NCBI RefSeq assembly: GCF_964355755.1
Contig: NC_092675.1
Location: 9,853,812-9,917,811 of the forward strand
Source: Antedon mediterranea
Lineage: Eukaryota; Animalia; Echinodermata
Length of the DNA: 64,000 nucleotides
Reading direction: 5' to 3'
In this document: in pieces, positions 11,270-26,137 of the stretch
Layout: each line of letters opens with the position of its first letter
How positions within the stretch are numbered: the stretch's first letter is position 1
Position numbers and translations under genes: made by a program
Notes under the pieces: generated by a model
Database searches by the model: none
The model's input: the letters and a program-made list of their open reading frames with translations, nothing else
What the model was told of the DNA's origin: nothing

Positions 11270-11977
11270 GTAAGTTTTTTTTTTTATTTGTTTTTTCCTT
11301 TAGTTGATAAGTAATGTTTGAAATTCAACATGTGCTTTGTAGAAGTAATTGTTTGGTATATCCCTCAGAAATATCTGCCTTTTGTCTGTACCAAACAGCA
11401 CAGTCATAGTTAAATTGAATATTAATTATTATTTAGAAAATTAGTAAATTTGTAATGAAAAAAAACATAAAGTACAGTTCTGTTTAGTTAAGGACTTGAT
11501 ATTGTATTTATGTTTTCAATATTAGAGTAGATTGTATCATTCTTTAGGTAAATATTGTATTAATTCAGTTTCTGCTGCCCCATTCATCCATTACATTACT
11601 GTTTTAAAACATCTGGCATTAAACTACTACCACCACCAAAAGCCAATCTATGTAGAACTAGGAAGTCTATTGTTGTAAATCATCGCAATCATTATGTATA
11701 ATCATGGAGAAATATGGTATAATTCAAATATTTAATGATAACTCTATACTGTAATTTGGGTTTTGATTTTTAATTGTTTTAACAGTATTTTAACATTGGC
11801 CTATTAACCATATTTTATCATTGGCCTATTAACCGTATTTTATCATAGGCCTATAGCTGTTTTTTAATTTGTAGTTGTGTTGTCTTAATGATGTCTTAAT
11901 TATGCCAAGCAAAAACGAGCTTCCATTTTAAGTGGACCAATAACCTTTCTTGAAATTATATATTCTTTTATTTACAG

Positions 11978-12067
11978 AAAGCAAAACCAAAGTTATTGTA
12001 TGGTGCTGAGGAAAGTTTGCAACATAAATATTGTTACAACTGTGGTAAAGAAGGCCACTTGGGTTAT
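11978..12067 (+). CDS. ZCCHC7: ZCCHC7-like coding exon 4 (knuckle 5)
   Basis: KAKPK...YCYNCGKEGHLGY, canonical splice sites, phase 0/0. Confidence 0.9.
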
Positions 12068-12970
12068 GTATGTTTTATATTTATCTACTTGTTTAAAGGC
12101 ACTTTTATCTACTGGAAAACTACTGTATGTTTTTGAAACAGTGACATGCTTCTAGAGAGATATCTAGAGTAATTAACATAAAGTAAAGGAAAAATGATTT
12201 AACAAATGAAAATTACAAGAAAATTTCACTAAATTATGTACAAAGTATAAGTAACAAACGTAATTTAAGGATTTAATAACAAAGAACTAGTGAAGCAATT
12301 GCAGTAATTATTTGTAAGAAGATACAAGTATGGTTGAACCAAGAAAATACATTAATTTTTTATCTATTGTCCCATTAATATATTGTTTCCAAACAACAAC
12401 CCAAGGCACTATCTACTCTTTTTTTTTTCACTATCCTACTTGTTCTATGGACACTTGGGTTATGTTTCATATTTTAAATATTAATACAATGCACTACCTA
12501 AGTAGCTCTTGTCAAATGTTCTCTCGTAGACAGTCTTAAACCTAACCTAACTTAGCTAGGCATAGATTTGTAGGCCTAGCTGGTAATTTAGCTGGAGGCC
12601 TAGCCTGATGCATTCTGGTATTTATAGCGGGCCACTTAAATTAGATGAACTGATATTTTTTACCACTTAAAGATGAACAAAATTATCGCAATAGGTCTAT
12701 GAAGTATTTATTTTTATATAGAATATAGTTTGGGACCTTAAATTAGATTGAAAAATGTAGGTAAAGTAGCATTAAATGAGAGTCAATTTAAGACATATAA
12801 AGTTTGATGAAATGTTGTGTTTTGCTGCAAGATATCGTCAAAACAAATAACAAATCATTTAATTATTAATATTAAATTAGTTATATTTCTATATTTTACA
12901 TTGATTTGCAAAGTCTATTTCAACCCACCTCTTTTTTCAATACAGTAACAGAAATTTGAATTTCTTACAG

Positions 12971-13085
12971 GAATGTGAAGATGATAGAATAGACCGTTAT
13001 GTAAAGGTGTACTATCCATTTGTTTGTAACTATAGCCACAGACGATTTTCATATATGAACTTCACAGAAGAGGACAGTGAGTCTA
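12971..13085 (+). CDS. ZCCHC7: ZCCHC7-like coding exon 5
   Basis: ECEDDRIDRY... completes knuckle 5. Phase-1 donor |GTAAGC. Confidence 0.85.
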
Positions 13086-13185
13086 GTAAGCCAGCTTTAG
13101 TTTAAGCTGTCCACATTATTTAATTAAAAATTAATAGTTATGTAATCTAGCTTACATGACTGACTGACTGTTTTTTGTTTTTCAG

Positions 13186-14346
13186 AAGTGTCCTCGACCC
13201 CACAAATTGAATCTCTCTCGCCAGAAGGTGTTGATGTCTGCAGAAAAAAGAAGACGAAAACAAAATTACTTAAAACTGTTAAAGAAACAGATGTACCTCT
13301 TCAAAATTCTGCAAAGACAAAAAAGGTGGATGACAAAATTCTGAAGATCATTGATGAAAAGGAAAATGATTTAGTGACAACGACCAATTTACACATTACA
13401 TCTTTGCGTGCTGGGAAGAAAAGAAAAATAGAATGTGAAAATGAGAAAGAATTTCATAAGAAAGACAATAAAAAGAAGAAAACAGAAATTGGTTTAAAAG
13501 TAACCATTTCAAAATCAAAAAAGAAAAGAAATGTTCAATGTCAAGATAATGAGAAAATAAACGAAACAACGAATATCGAAACAAAACATGATAAAAAGAA
13601 GAAAAAGAAACGCAAAAAATTGAAGAACTCACAGGAAGTTTCTAAAGATCTAGAAATTCAAGAAAATAGTAGTAGTATAAAAGGAAATAGTAAAACCCAA
13701 ATAGTTGCTGACAATACACAAACAAAAAGTGTTAAGAGTAGTGAAACCAAACAGAAGGAAAAAAAGGATGATTCGAATATTATTGATGCCTCTGAAAATA
13801 AAAATGCCATGACTACAAATGTGGCATCTTGTGAAGATGAAGAAGTCATTATTCTTAAAACGGTAAAAAAAAAGAATAACATCCTAAATGAAGATGATGT
13901 GATTGTTCTAAGTAGTGACCCAGAAGTGACCAAAGATGAAGTAATTGTCATCAGTAGTGAGGATGACACAAGACAGAAAGCTGTTCAGTCTATTAAAAAG
14001 AAAAAAAATCGTAATGTTATTTTATTATCTGATCATGAAAACGGCACTGGCAACAGATTTAAAGAAAATGACACAACAAGAACTCCTTTTGCTTTAGTTT
14101 GGGGGCTTCCTGAAACGGTTAAAAATACTGTTAAACCCCTCACGAATAAAATGAAACGGATGTTTGGAAGAAATATGAAAAAAAATGACATTATGTTACA
14201 GGAGGGAAAAAGGAAGAAGAAAAGAAAAAATAGGCCAAAATCAGCTTACAATGGCAATCAATTTATATGTAATGAACCTGGGTTAGCTCCAGCAGTGCCT
14301 AGAAGAAGGCGAAAGAGGAAAATTGCATCAACATTCCGAAAGTTTG
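13186..14346 (+). CDS. ZCCHC7: ZCCHC7-like coding exon 6 (Lys-rich, disordered, SIM-like motifs)
   Basis: In frame with ORF 13188-14396. TTTCAG| acceptor and G|GTATGT donor; phases consistent. Confidence 0.8.
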
Positions 14347-14749
14347 GTATGTTTTGTATGTGTTTTTGTCATTTTAGTTTGCTGTTAGGAAGATGATGTT
14401 GAAATGATACTGATACCAACCACAGGTATTAATTAATTCTCGTCCTGACAAACTGTAATTAAAAATTTATCTGCGCCAGGATAAATTGAGAGCTTTCGAT
14501 TTGCAGTGACCTTATTTCATGTTCAGTTTTTGAGTTGTCGCTCGACCCAATTTTGTTGACTCTATGTCCATGTGGATTCTGATAATCGCATGTTTATGCA
14601 TTTGTACAGTCGTTTGTAAAAATCAAGTGACAAAATAATGTGTTGAAATGCATAATTGACAAATTAAGATCTCCCTAATATTTCAACAACTTATCCACAG
14701 TAATCATTTGAATCTATAACTTATATGATTTCATTTTTCTTCTATGTAG

Positions 14750-14805
14750 GAAAGAGGCTTGGTGCGAAGTCTGAAACAGCTAGTGTGTCTTATAAAATGG
14801 AATGA
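14750..14805 (+). CDS. ZCCHC7: ZCCHC7-like terminal coding exon
   Basis: Pyrimidine tract plus TAG| acceptor; (G)KRLGAKSETASVSYKME*; AATAAA at 14929. Confidence 0.65.
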
Positions 14806-15384
14806 ATGTGACATGCAGTAAACTGAACTGAAAATTGATAACCCTCTCCCCAAACCCAGAATATCCTATTATTTCTATTTCAATTTTTTTTTATGATCCT
14901 AGGTTTCCAACCAATTGTACCTGTATTGAATAAACACATGCAATATAAAATTACCTAGTAAAAAAACAATACTATTATTTACAACAAACAAAAACATTAA
15001 ATGTTCGATAATAAGCAAAGTTTATAATTTATAGTCAATGATGAGTTGAACAGCTTTGCTTGATTGTTTTGTTTACTATAAATTGATTTATTAATAATAC
15101 TTAAATGTTTGACTACACTAATAATTTGATAATGACTTACTATTACTGTATTGTTATGTCGATTTAAAAATAATCATACTTAATGTTTGACATACGTTTT
15201 TTTCCTAATGTCTGTACAACATTTAGTAATAAACATTTATAGCATAAATTTAGACAACCAAACAATCCTTATCTATACTGATTATTATAGATAATCTATA
15301 CAGATTATCGTTTTTGGAAAGCTCATCCCATTCCATTATTTTCATTTTTCAGTATTTATGTCTGAAAGCTGGAATGAAATATAT

Positions 15385-15479
15385 AGGTTGGTTCCCACTT
15401 GAATACAATGATTAGACTCAGTGAGTTTACCAACAAGCAACAGTTAGATGATTTGTCAGGTCCAAGTGAGAACCAAGCT
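15385..15479. mobile_element. Small MITE
   Basis: TIRs AGGTTGGTTCCCACTTG / CAAGTGAGAACCAAGCT, similar to the TIRs of the MITE at 43110. Confidence 0.55.
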
Positions 15480-15984
15480 TAATACACATTATTGTTATTA
15501 TTTCAGATTACGTCAATAAAAACCAATTATATAACACAACAATGGTACAGAAAGGGGTACTACACTTGCTAGCCCAGTACTTGTACACAAATTATTATTT
15601 ATTAATCATGTTGTCTATTGTTAAGAAATGAAATAAAACATGTCAAAAGTACTGCTTGAGAAATGTGTTATAATAGAAGGTAAAATGATAAATAATTTAA
15701 AAATTATGATTTTTTTTTCTTGTAAAACAAATTCGGTGATAAAATAATTAATGATGCATTATGTCTAAAATTAAGTACCTCCTTTATAATTTTTATTTTG
15801 GTAAAAATAAGTTTCATTCATCAATATGCAATGGAAAATGGAAGGTAGCAACTTTAGTTTAAAAACTTGATGGACTCTGGATTATTGGGTAGTTTAGAGA
15901 CAAATTGACGAACTTTAGAAAACTATTTTGTAAAATATTACTCAATCATGCACTGGAAAAAAATGTATTTCTTCAAATTTTTGT

Positions 15985-16220
15985 TGAATATGCCATTTTT
16001 ATGTTCCATAAAATCTTTCAAAAATTGGATCGGAAAAAAAAATTATTTACCTGAAAATAAGTCAATGGGTTTTTGGTTGAATTTAACAGTTTATTTTGTC
16101 TTTTAAAAGTTTTTTTCTTTTTCTGCGGAAGTTATTAACTTATTAAAACTACAAAATAGCATATTCAAAATCTGATTTCATTAATCTTCAGTTTTTATAT
16201 TGGGAACAATATATCTTTAA
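15985..16220 (+). mobile_element. Degenerate Kolobok-like element fragment
   Basis: Similar to 26138-26439 (ATATGCCATTTT..., TATTAAAACTACAAAATA, ...CAATATATCTTTAA). Confidence 0.5.
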
Positions 16221-19208
16221 CTTTGTAATCTCTGTGAATCAAATAAAGTTTCCTACTGGGGATTTTTTTCGAACCTGTTTTCCGAAGTTTTTGAACTGTG
16301 TTTTTTGCGACCAGTGTAGACTAGACAACTTCTCTAAACGTTTGGTAGTTGACGTAGGCCTACTCTGGGCCGGGTTGAGTTTGGCAAGAAAAGTTTACTA
16401 GCGTGTATTTCCGAGGACTACCACTCTTTGTAAGGACGATAACGTAAATGTCATACTATTATTGGTGATATGTAGGATAACATCACGTTTGCTTTGGTAA
16501 AGGATTATCTTTTTAGTAAGGGTACATTCTGTGGACAAGCGCATTATTGCGATTTTATGTTTTAAGCATAGCTGCAGAGTGACGTCTAGCATTTCGGTTA
16601 CCACTTCAAGGGACAAATCGGAAATTACTTTAAAATATAATACAATATGTATGAAATTAAATAATACTAAACTTAAACAATATTATTATAATTTAAACTA
16701 TATATTATACCAGGGAAGAGTGAAATTACAGTGTAATTTAACACTTCCCTCATTCTCCGAAATCTTTATGAAATATTTATGTAGCTCGTAATTGGCTCTA
16801 CTCCACCCTCAAGCGTTAATCCTAAATTGGTTCAAAATTTAAAAAAGAACATCACAAAGATTAAGGAATATGTGCATTGACAACGTAGTATGCGACAACT
16901 TATCGCATTCTATTAGCCTTCAAGTCCTCATAAATCATAAATAAATTTAAATTAAAATACAAAACTTGGTAAATAATGTGAACTCGGCGAATCTTTGTAG
17001 TTTTGCTAGTGTATACGTCTTCACCCGTTTTCTGCAGTTTGCCGAATTTTGTAAACTGTTCTACATCAGAAAACATTTCTTGACAAACTTATTAGAATTT
17101 TTGGTCGAGTTTGCCAACAAACGTTTGCCAATTTAGACTGAGCAACTTCTTCAAACAGTGGCAAACAAACGTTGGGTAAGTTGTGGAGAAATAAGTTTTC
17201 CATGGTAAAAAAGTAACTCGGACCAGTGGTTTTGTTGAAGTAATGAGATATATGCCTAGGCCTAAAAGTAAAAAATAATATTCCTCCATTCATCTTCTTT
17301 CATACCCAAATGATGTATCAATTTAAGATCAATGTTAATGTCACTACTTTCCTGAATTTGGATATTTAAAGTTAGTCTATAATAATAATATTAGAAACGA
17401 TGATTTTTAAACGAGCAAAAAATAATCTAATTATAATCTACACTACAATTTCTGTAGATCATAATGGCAGCACAATTTGCTTACACATTTGCGGTCTTTA
17501 TAAACGGACAAATTATTTTGTGGCTATACGTTATAGTGAACTATAATATCTCTATGGTCCGTATAATTCAATCAGGGAATGTTCTGATATTTAATTTGAA
17601 TAACTGCCCCCAACGTTTGTCTAAAATACTATTTCACATTATTGAATATTGATATATCACGTTATTTCAGAATAAAAATTCCATATAGGCCTTTACAACA
17701 ACAAAAAGGGAAAATCACACTAACATAAGATTTTCTCCCATTTAGTGAAGAAGTTTTAAGATCGTAACAAGATAGCTCGTAGTACATAACAAGATCATTT
17801 TTTGACTATTCAAAACTCTTTAAAACCACAGACGCACTTGCGGACATGCTCGTAAAAAGAGGGAATTCTCCTCGTGCCAAACATGTTACTAGTGCTTAGG
17901 TAAGCCTAGCAACATTCTCAATGAGGAGTTGTTATAGCACATCTCAAGAGATTTGATAGTTTAAAATCGATTATTATGTTTACGCATTTTAATGTGTTAT
18001 AAAAGTATATGTAAATGTCACAATGTGAGAAGGCCTACTACAGTGTATTAACCATGTAGCACATTCAACTCTCTTTATTCGTCCGAAATTCTAGTGGAAA
18101 ATTTTCTGATGTTCGTTAAATCCGAAAAAAAAAAGTGTATTGCCTAATGTCGGTAGTGCAATCTACCACCCATAAAGTATAATATTCACAGTGCATTTAT
18201 TATACACCGCACATCCGGTATTGCTCAACGCGCTTCCGATATTGTAACATTGTTATATAATAGCTGAGACAACAATGCCGACATTAAAAATCGCAAAAAT
18301 CGATATACATACTGCCCTCTATACATGTACAATATAGTGCAGTCTCAAGAAACTCTCCTTGGGGCTCTTTCTTGTATAATATTATTAAATACATTTTTTA
18401 ATGATAAAGATGCTTCTTATTTTATTTTCTAATAAATATATTTAAGTAATACAAATCATTAAAATAAAGTGCTGATATTTTTAACTTGAAAAAAGATGAT
18501 GATTCCATATTCATAAAAAAATTAAATTCTTGTCATACTTTTATTATAATACAATTTTTAAATTAGTAATAGTTTATCAGTCTAAAAATATACATACGAG
18601 GTTTAATATCATAACCGATCACTATGCACATGATTTTTCTTAAGATTAGACAAATATCAATGTATTTTGAAAACGCCTATATTATTAAACTATTATAGAT
18701 TGATAGTATTATATTATAAGCAATTTGTAATGATAATTATGCTTCTAATATTATATTATTAATCAAAAGAAATACAAGCGTTAACAACTTTAATTTACAG
18801 CCTTAGTCATCTGTACCGTAATTCTACTGAAGATGTATTTATTATTTTTAATAATCGCGGTCGCTACGATTAATAAATATGCACCAAAAAATGTCCAAAT
18901 ACATCACAACCACACACATAAAGTGATATAATTGACCATAGAATTATGTGGAAAACCTCTTTAGTATTACGAACACACAGGAAATTCACAGGATTAACCA
19001 ACGTCGAGCTATTGTATAAAAAGTCTATAATGTATATTGAGAATATCCACAGCGATATGAAAAGGTTTATTTTTTACGGGTGATTGACACAATAACGAAG
19101 CATGATTCATTCAACTAAAGAAGTTGTTTACAATATTCAACACAAACCCGCCGGCGGCGTCCAGAGAACGATGCATGACGGGACCATTACGAGCCAGTTG
19201 GGCTGAAG

Positions 19209-19268
19209 ATGGAAGATGTCGCGAAAACGGCACTGCAGTGCTCGTTAAAGATTCGTCAAGGAAGAAAG
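19209..19268 (+). CDS. DOK7: DOK7-like adaptor, exon 1
   Basis: MEDVAKTALQCSLKIRQGRK resembles vertebrate MTEAALVEGQVKLRDGKK. Donor AAG|GTAATC. Confidence 0.8.
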
Positions 19269-19357
19269 GTAATCTATTGGAAATTACTTTTAAATCGTTG
19301 TAGAGGAACATGAGTTAACTGTGCTCCTAACTGGGTGATTTTTTTTTTCTTTTGCAG

Positions 19358-19403
19358 TGGAAGAATCGTAGGTGTGTTTTGTCGAAACGGAGCCCTATCG
19401 CCG
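19358..19403 (+). CDS. DOK7: DOK7-like exon 2 (PH domain)
   Basis: WKNRRCVLSKRSPIA resembles WKSRWLVLRKPSPVA. 46 nt, strong splice sites. Confidence 0.85.
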
Positions 19404-22210
19404 GTAAGTACTTGCCGTTTTCAATCTTTTAGTACGGGCTTCGTGTACTGATTAAAGACCAGTCAACCGTTACGTGTTGTTTTTTATCCTGGCTTTTCAT
19501 ACCCTTTGCCTACTAAGAACGTAAACAACCTATTCATTGAAACTAACTACAAAGAGTTCTATTGGCAATGCATGCTCTCTTTTGTTCAAAATTAAAACCG
19601 GTATTTGGTCTCCTTTTGCCTCTGCCCAATGAGCCTGGTTTAGTCATCCAAACACGTTTGCATTTTATATTGTAAACACTTTTCCTCTTGAAAAGTTTTT
19701 TGCATATGTCGAATTTGATTAGAAGGAAATGATGAATGGTTAAATATTGGAGAAAGCAAAAACAATACATACAAATGCATCAGCGCAGGAGAATCGTAAT
19801 AACAAAAGAAAGTAATCACAAAATCTCAACATTAGTCTATCTTGTCACACACCCATCAATCAGTTTTCAGTTCAAGAAATAAAGCATATGGATAATAATA
19901 CAGTAATTTCCTTATATAAAACCAGTGATTTTTATTGATACAAAAATTCAATTTTTTAGAGGGTTAAAAACTCAAACAAGCAGAATCACTCAAAACAAAT
20001 TCCTTTATAATTTGTTTGTTATGTACCTAATTACTCCAGACAGCAATTAATTTGTCAAGCAATGGTTCCTTTAAAGTGAATACTGCCTTGCTGTGATATA
20101 TGTCCCTAAAAGGCATCTGTTTTGGATTGTTGATTGTTGCTATCTCTTTTGTTTTTCTAATATTAAATGTGCATTTTATTAGATTAGCTTTATCCAGGTG
20201 GCATTGATCTATATTCACCAGACAAGTTGTAGGCCCAGGTTTATTTTTTTTTCTGGAATCCAACAAAATACAGTAGGCCTGTATTCAACTTTATTTTCAA
20301 ATGAAAAATTAAATTAAATTCAAATTCAAATTACATAGTAGGCCTAATGTTATGATGATAAAGACTAAGGTATAAATTGGAAACAAAATATTTTCACTTT
20401 ATCTGTGTTTTCCATATTTTCGTTACTAAAGTTTTAAGTATAAATAATAACTGAAATACGTAGTAGTAACCTTAAATTGCATGTGTCTTCTTATCCTCTT
20501 TTGTAAATTATTATTAGTAATTAAAATGGAACCAAATGTTAATGATGCTTTCCTTGCAGCACATGGCAAGCTGCAACAACCTGAGTATTACTGCTTTTAC
20601 AGAACAAAGAATACCCTTATAAATTTTTATTCATGTGGTTTAAACCCAATTATCAACTTAATAACTATTGCATAGTATATAGCAGGTTACTAACAACCAT
20701 ATTATTTACTTCAATACCAGACTACTATATTTCTATAATTGTTAACTTTAATTAGGTTAACAATTACAAAGGATACAAGTGTGTTACATCTTACAATTTA
20801 GCTGTTTATTTCATACAGTACATCTGTCAGATGTAGAGGGATATGCTCTTTTTTAATATTTTTCTATTAGCAAATGAAATTGATCAATGAAACTATTTTT
20901 ATATTTTGTTTTTACAAAAATGATCTGCTGTATTCCGTACACTACAGTAGTGTGTTATAATAATGATCTGGCATTTAATATACAGTAATTTTAAATTTCA
21001 CAACTAAGTTTGTGGACCCACATATACTGTAGGGTCAGTACAAGGTCCTAACAATTGCAAAAATTTTATTTTTATTGAAACTATATTGTAAATTGCATCT
21101 TTTACATTACATTTATTCCAGTGACAATAAGTGATTCATTGCTATATAATATTGGAGTTAAAATTACTATGTTTAAAAAAAATGCTTTTTAAAACAACAC
21201 ATTGTTTCAGACATTTGTTAGACCAAGGTGCTTAGACTAAACAAGTCTGGTAAAGGCCTGCTAGGTGAGCTTTTTCCTGTTGTAAATAGCTTAGCTCTCC
21301 ATAATACATAAATCATCTTTTACAAGAGCACAGTGGTATTGAGTATTCAGAATTTAATAGCAATTTGACAAAAACAACTGAGCTGTTAAATCCTATTGTT
21401 TTAAAGCTGGCCTATCCCAGTTTTAGAACCAGTTTTATATAATCTATATTTGTCAACAAGTAGTTCGATGAATATTAAAAAATTGCACTCAAAAGTTTAA
21501 AGATAAAAGCGTTTAAATTGATGTACAGTAAATACCAACGATCAATGTTCATACCTTTTACAGTACTGTAATTCATCCCGTAATAATATAATCTATAAGT
21601 ATAATTAAACATTCCTTTCTAATATCCATTTATTGGACATTATTTTTAAAACACAGGCAGTTCTACTATTAAAATTATTGAATTTGATGCAATTTTTACA
21701 ACCCCTTACAATACAGTATGCTGTTACGTTCACAATAGTGGAAATACCTATTTCTATGTACAGTAGAAGCTAAAATGATGAATTAACTTGTCTTGAAAAG
21801 AATGGAATGTATCATGTCCTCATGTTTTAGTACAGTTCAGTATGTTGCGTTGCGACCAATTTTTATTTTCCTATCGAGAACCAAGCTCTGTAGTTTTCAT
21901 GTAAAAATTAAGAAAATGAAACTTCATTTTCTATTTAGAATATACACTCAGTCACATGGACAGCTGAAAAGCCCAGTCAATGTTACTATTCAGGGTCACT
22001 GCTAGCCTGCAATGTGACCATTTCCCCCAAGGATTATCCCAGATTGCTAACAAGCTTCTGCTTGTAAACAAATCAAGCTATAGCTCAACAATCTGCCGAG
22101 AGACTTATGAGAAAATTAACAATAGCATTTTACAGCTATTTTTAGCCAGCACTGTTGGTAAACAATCCACTAATTATTGTATAGATTTTTATTTTAGTAT
22201 TATTACTGAC

Positions 22211-22327
22211 AATCCAAAGGCCAATTACTGACAATGTAATGGGTATCAGTGGCTGGATCTCAATGGAGATGCAAAAAAAAATATGCAAGCTGCAAAATCA
22301 AAACCATAAAGTAAAACAGGCAGAAAA
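22211..22327 (-). mobile_element. Truncated copy of the Penelope-like repeat at 33581-33808 (hammerhead part missing)
   Basis: Reverse complement shares TCTCCATTGAGATCCAGCCACTGATACCCA and GCCTTTGGATT with 33685-33807. Confidence 0.7.
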
Positions 22328-24163
22328 ATAATATTAAATGACAAAAACAAGGAATGTTTATAAAATGGTGAATAGTAAATTTATTATGTTCTTTAAGCTT
22401 GAGTAACCATGACAAATATTTGTATTAAAGAATAATTTGTCATTCGGGAACACTCAATATTAAAACAGTAAAGATATTATATATATTATTTAAAAACAAA
22501 ATATATATTGTTAGAAAAACCATGGCGTGTTTATGTATGAAATAAGAGTGGAAATAACATTTTAAGGCTAGAACCTTAAAATATATGAGCCTGCAAACAA
22601 TTTACTGGTTCTTTATTAAAAAAAAGGGTATATTGTTTTTGATTATGTAAACATTATAGGCCTAGGCTAATATTACTGTAGTATGAGTGATTTATTGAAT
22701 GCTGAATTAGTTTAAAATACTGTTATGTATCAAGATAGACCTCAGAGTACTGGTAATAAAAGTTGTTTTGATCTTTCCAGAATACCAGTAGTTTCATCAA
22801 AAGAGATGTGCTGGTCTTTTTTGGACAGTAATTGTTGTAGGATATAATAAATCATAGTGCAGTGGCTTATAATAGAGTAAATCATAGAGTTGTTGTGTAT
22901 AGTTTTTGCAGACAAAAATGCTTTCTTGGTATAATGGTTTGTCCTATTTTCCGCCATGTTTTTTGACTACAGTAATATTATGCTAAAAAATTTGACTTAA
23001 AATGCACCACAGAATCGATAGACCTATCAATGTATTCTGTAGGCCTAGTACTAAGGATAAATTAATGTTATTACTTGTGTGAAAGTTACTGAAATAATAA
23101 TAATATACTGTATACAGTACTGTATGCAGATATGTTTAAAATTACTTTTTTTTATAACATACAATATTAATGATCAGTAAGAGTATTTAAACTGAGCACA
23201 TGCACTACTGTAAAATGATAATGCTGAAATTGATTGTTATCACCTAACCACTTCCTTAGTTTTTAATTGATAAACATGTAATCTTTATGACAATATTGGT
23301 AATTTCATCATTTATGATATCTCTATGGTTAGGCTAAAGTTCAAAATTGTGACAATATTATATATTATATGCCAATTAAAATGCCATTCAGACAAATATA
23401 ACAATTTAGTACAGTAGTACTTTTCTAACAACAAATATATTATACTGTATTTATTTATTAAGTAGTTGTAATAACTAGATTTTCTAACATTGCAGTTCAA
23501 AATATTTTGTGTTTTAAGCTGCTCTCACATCACGCCTGGATTCGGTCCGGTGCCCTGAGAAAAACATTGTTGAAAATTAAAGAATTGAATTTCTAATTGA
23601 TTTGGACTCTGAATTTTGGAGCGATGGATCAAGAAGACATTTGTTTCAACACATTGTACATTTTTTTTTCTTTTGACCAATCAATAGTGAGCATAAAGGA
23701 CCTCATGCTATGTCATTTGAACACAAAATAAGCTTTAAAAAATCCAACCGACCTACCAAATTTCTATTTAGGTAACATCACAATTTATTTTTTAAGCCAC
23801 AGTACAAACTCATGCCTTTTTTTTGGTCGAAATGCTGTCCAAAAGACTTATAATTATATAATTTAAGTTTACATTTGTATTAAAAAATGTGATTCAATGT
23901 ACCTGTACCTCTCAGCAGCTTGTACAGTGAGCTATACAATTTGTTCTTAAACATTATTTTTCTATTGTCTTCAATACCGCAATGTTTGTACCAATACAGT
24001 ATTGCATTTTGAAAGCTGTGTACTTGAATAGCTGTTATCGTGATCCTTTGGAATTTTGTCTATTTACAGGTAGATTCATTTGAACTTCAGTTCTATTGTC
24101 TCCTTGTGTTGTTTACCAGTTGGATGCCACAGTACAGAATGGCGATATAGTGCCAATATCTAT

Positions 24164-24979
24164 GGCCCTGTTTCTGCTGCCAACTAAATACCGTATATTA
24201 TACGGTATTTTTTGAATACCGTATATATACGGTATATTTTTGGCAGCAGAAACTGTGCTCATAAAAAATATACCGTATTTTGTATACCGTATTTTCCCCA
24301 CAAAATTTGTGGATAAAATACGGTATTTACAAATTTATACCGTATTTTTTGTACCCGTTTCTGCTGCCAATAAAAAATACCGTATTTTTTTTTTACATGA
24401 CAAAAGGTCACCATTCGTGTTTTTATTTTCTGTCGCTGTATACACACATGTATAGATATATTCGGCGAAAATGTGGAGCGAAGACGTCACAGTTTTACTA
24501 AATAAATGTGTGTGGGGAAGCTAAAATGTCTGACCAACTAAAAGGTAATAAAAGGGACAACCACATTTATAAAGACATTTCTAAAAAAATAAAGCAGGAG
24601 TATCGAATAGACTTGTCTCCAAAGCAAGTAAACTCAAAGCTGAAGAGCCTGCGAAAGCAGTACAACATTGCAAAATACAATAACTCGGGGAGGGAACGAA
24701 TTAATTGTCCCCATTACGATGTTTTCTGTGCTCTCACAACATCTCTATCACTAGGGCTAGGCTGTTGAAAGTGAGACGTAAAACTTCCTTTATTGCGACT
24801 TTTAATTATCGATCAAATAAATGAATGGCAATTTGGGTAAAAAAGATGAAATTTAACACGACCACCCAAGAAGTATTGTTAGCAGAAACGGGGTACTAAA
24901 AAATACGGTATAAAAAATACCGTATTTTTATACCGTATTTTTATACCGTATTTTGAGCAGTTGCAGCAGAAACAGGCCC
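24164..24979 (+). mobile_element. PIF/Harbinger-like deletion derivative with Myb/SANT remnant, copy 1
   Basis: TIRs GGCCCTGTTTCTGCTGC / GCAGCAGAAACAGGCCC; flanks TAT/TTT; subterminal TACCGTAT arrays; ORF 24508-24768. Confidence 0.85.
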
Positions 24980-26137
24980 TTTAATAGGCATACATCATAC
25001 AGTAATAATAATAGAGATAGTTTATTTCTATGAAATTGTCCTGATCTATATGGTAATGGTTTTTTATGTATGCTGTAATATTATTTTGAGGTTTTTGTCT
25101 ATTGAAGTAAATTATTAACCAAAATCTAATGTTTTGTCATGCATTATTAATTAAAAGAAAAAAAAAAAAAAAAACTCTTTAGTCTTCTAGTACAATTGTG
25201 TTTATACAAAGAGTTCTAAACAAGAAGATGTAACTTCCATCATAAAATTTAATGTATCAAAACATACAGATAAATTATTTATAATAAAGTATAGATATCT
25301 GAAACAAGCTTTCATTTGGTCCCAAGAGAAAGTTATGAATCAGCAATCCGAGGGCCCCATGAGAACAAATCTGGCAATTAAAATGGAGAAAAACAAAGCA
25401 GCATTAGCTGTTGTGCTGTATTGTCTGAGCCTCAGGACCCATACATAGTATGCTGAATAACAGAACTGACTAATTAGTCTAGGGAACTCCTAGTAAACAA
25501 CTTGCTTTATCAATTTGCATACAGATTAATTTATAGTGATTAGCAGGCCTTCTACTTTACCTGAAAGATTAAATTTTCGAAAACAAATCTGTTTCATCTA
25601 AATTCAAATTAATTCTACTAAATACATTTCTGTAAGTTTTACACCTTTGTTTTTGTAATGAAAAAACCTGAAATATACAACTCTACATTTTTTATATGCC
25701 ATATTAAAATGAAATTTATTTGGAAATAGTAAGTCATATCGACCTAAATCAAAAGAAGATGAACTATTTTTGTCATAGATCCCACAATTTACTTGAAATT
25801 GTATGGAATTGAATACTACCATGTCGAGCCATCAGTTTGAATGGTTACAGCTAATGCACTCAGAAGCCTTCCGTCAAACAAAGAACAATGAATGGATAAT
25901 AGGATTATTAAAATATTCCTCCTGCAGAAAGTAATAACATAAAAACATTCTGAAAAAATTAATATATATTGGAATATTATTAATAGTATCAATAATATAT
26001 GAATACATTTCCGATGAAATTTTATATTTATTGTTGACAATATTAAGATTATATCATTTATAATGATTGTGAGATTTACAACATAAATTAGATAATGAAT
26101 ATTAAATGATAAGCAAGATATAAAGTTAAAAGATTAA

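Noticed and set aside
24508-24768. Independent host MSANTD-like gene
   Set aside because: It lies inside TIRs, lacks an intact N-terminus (frameshift) and is repeated three times as part of the transposon.
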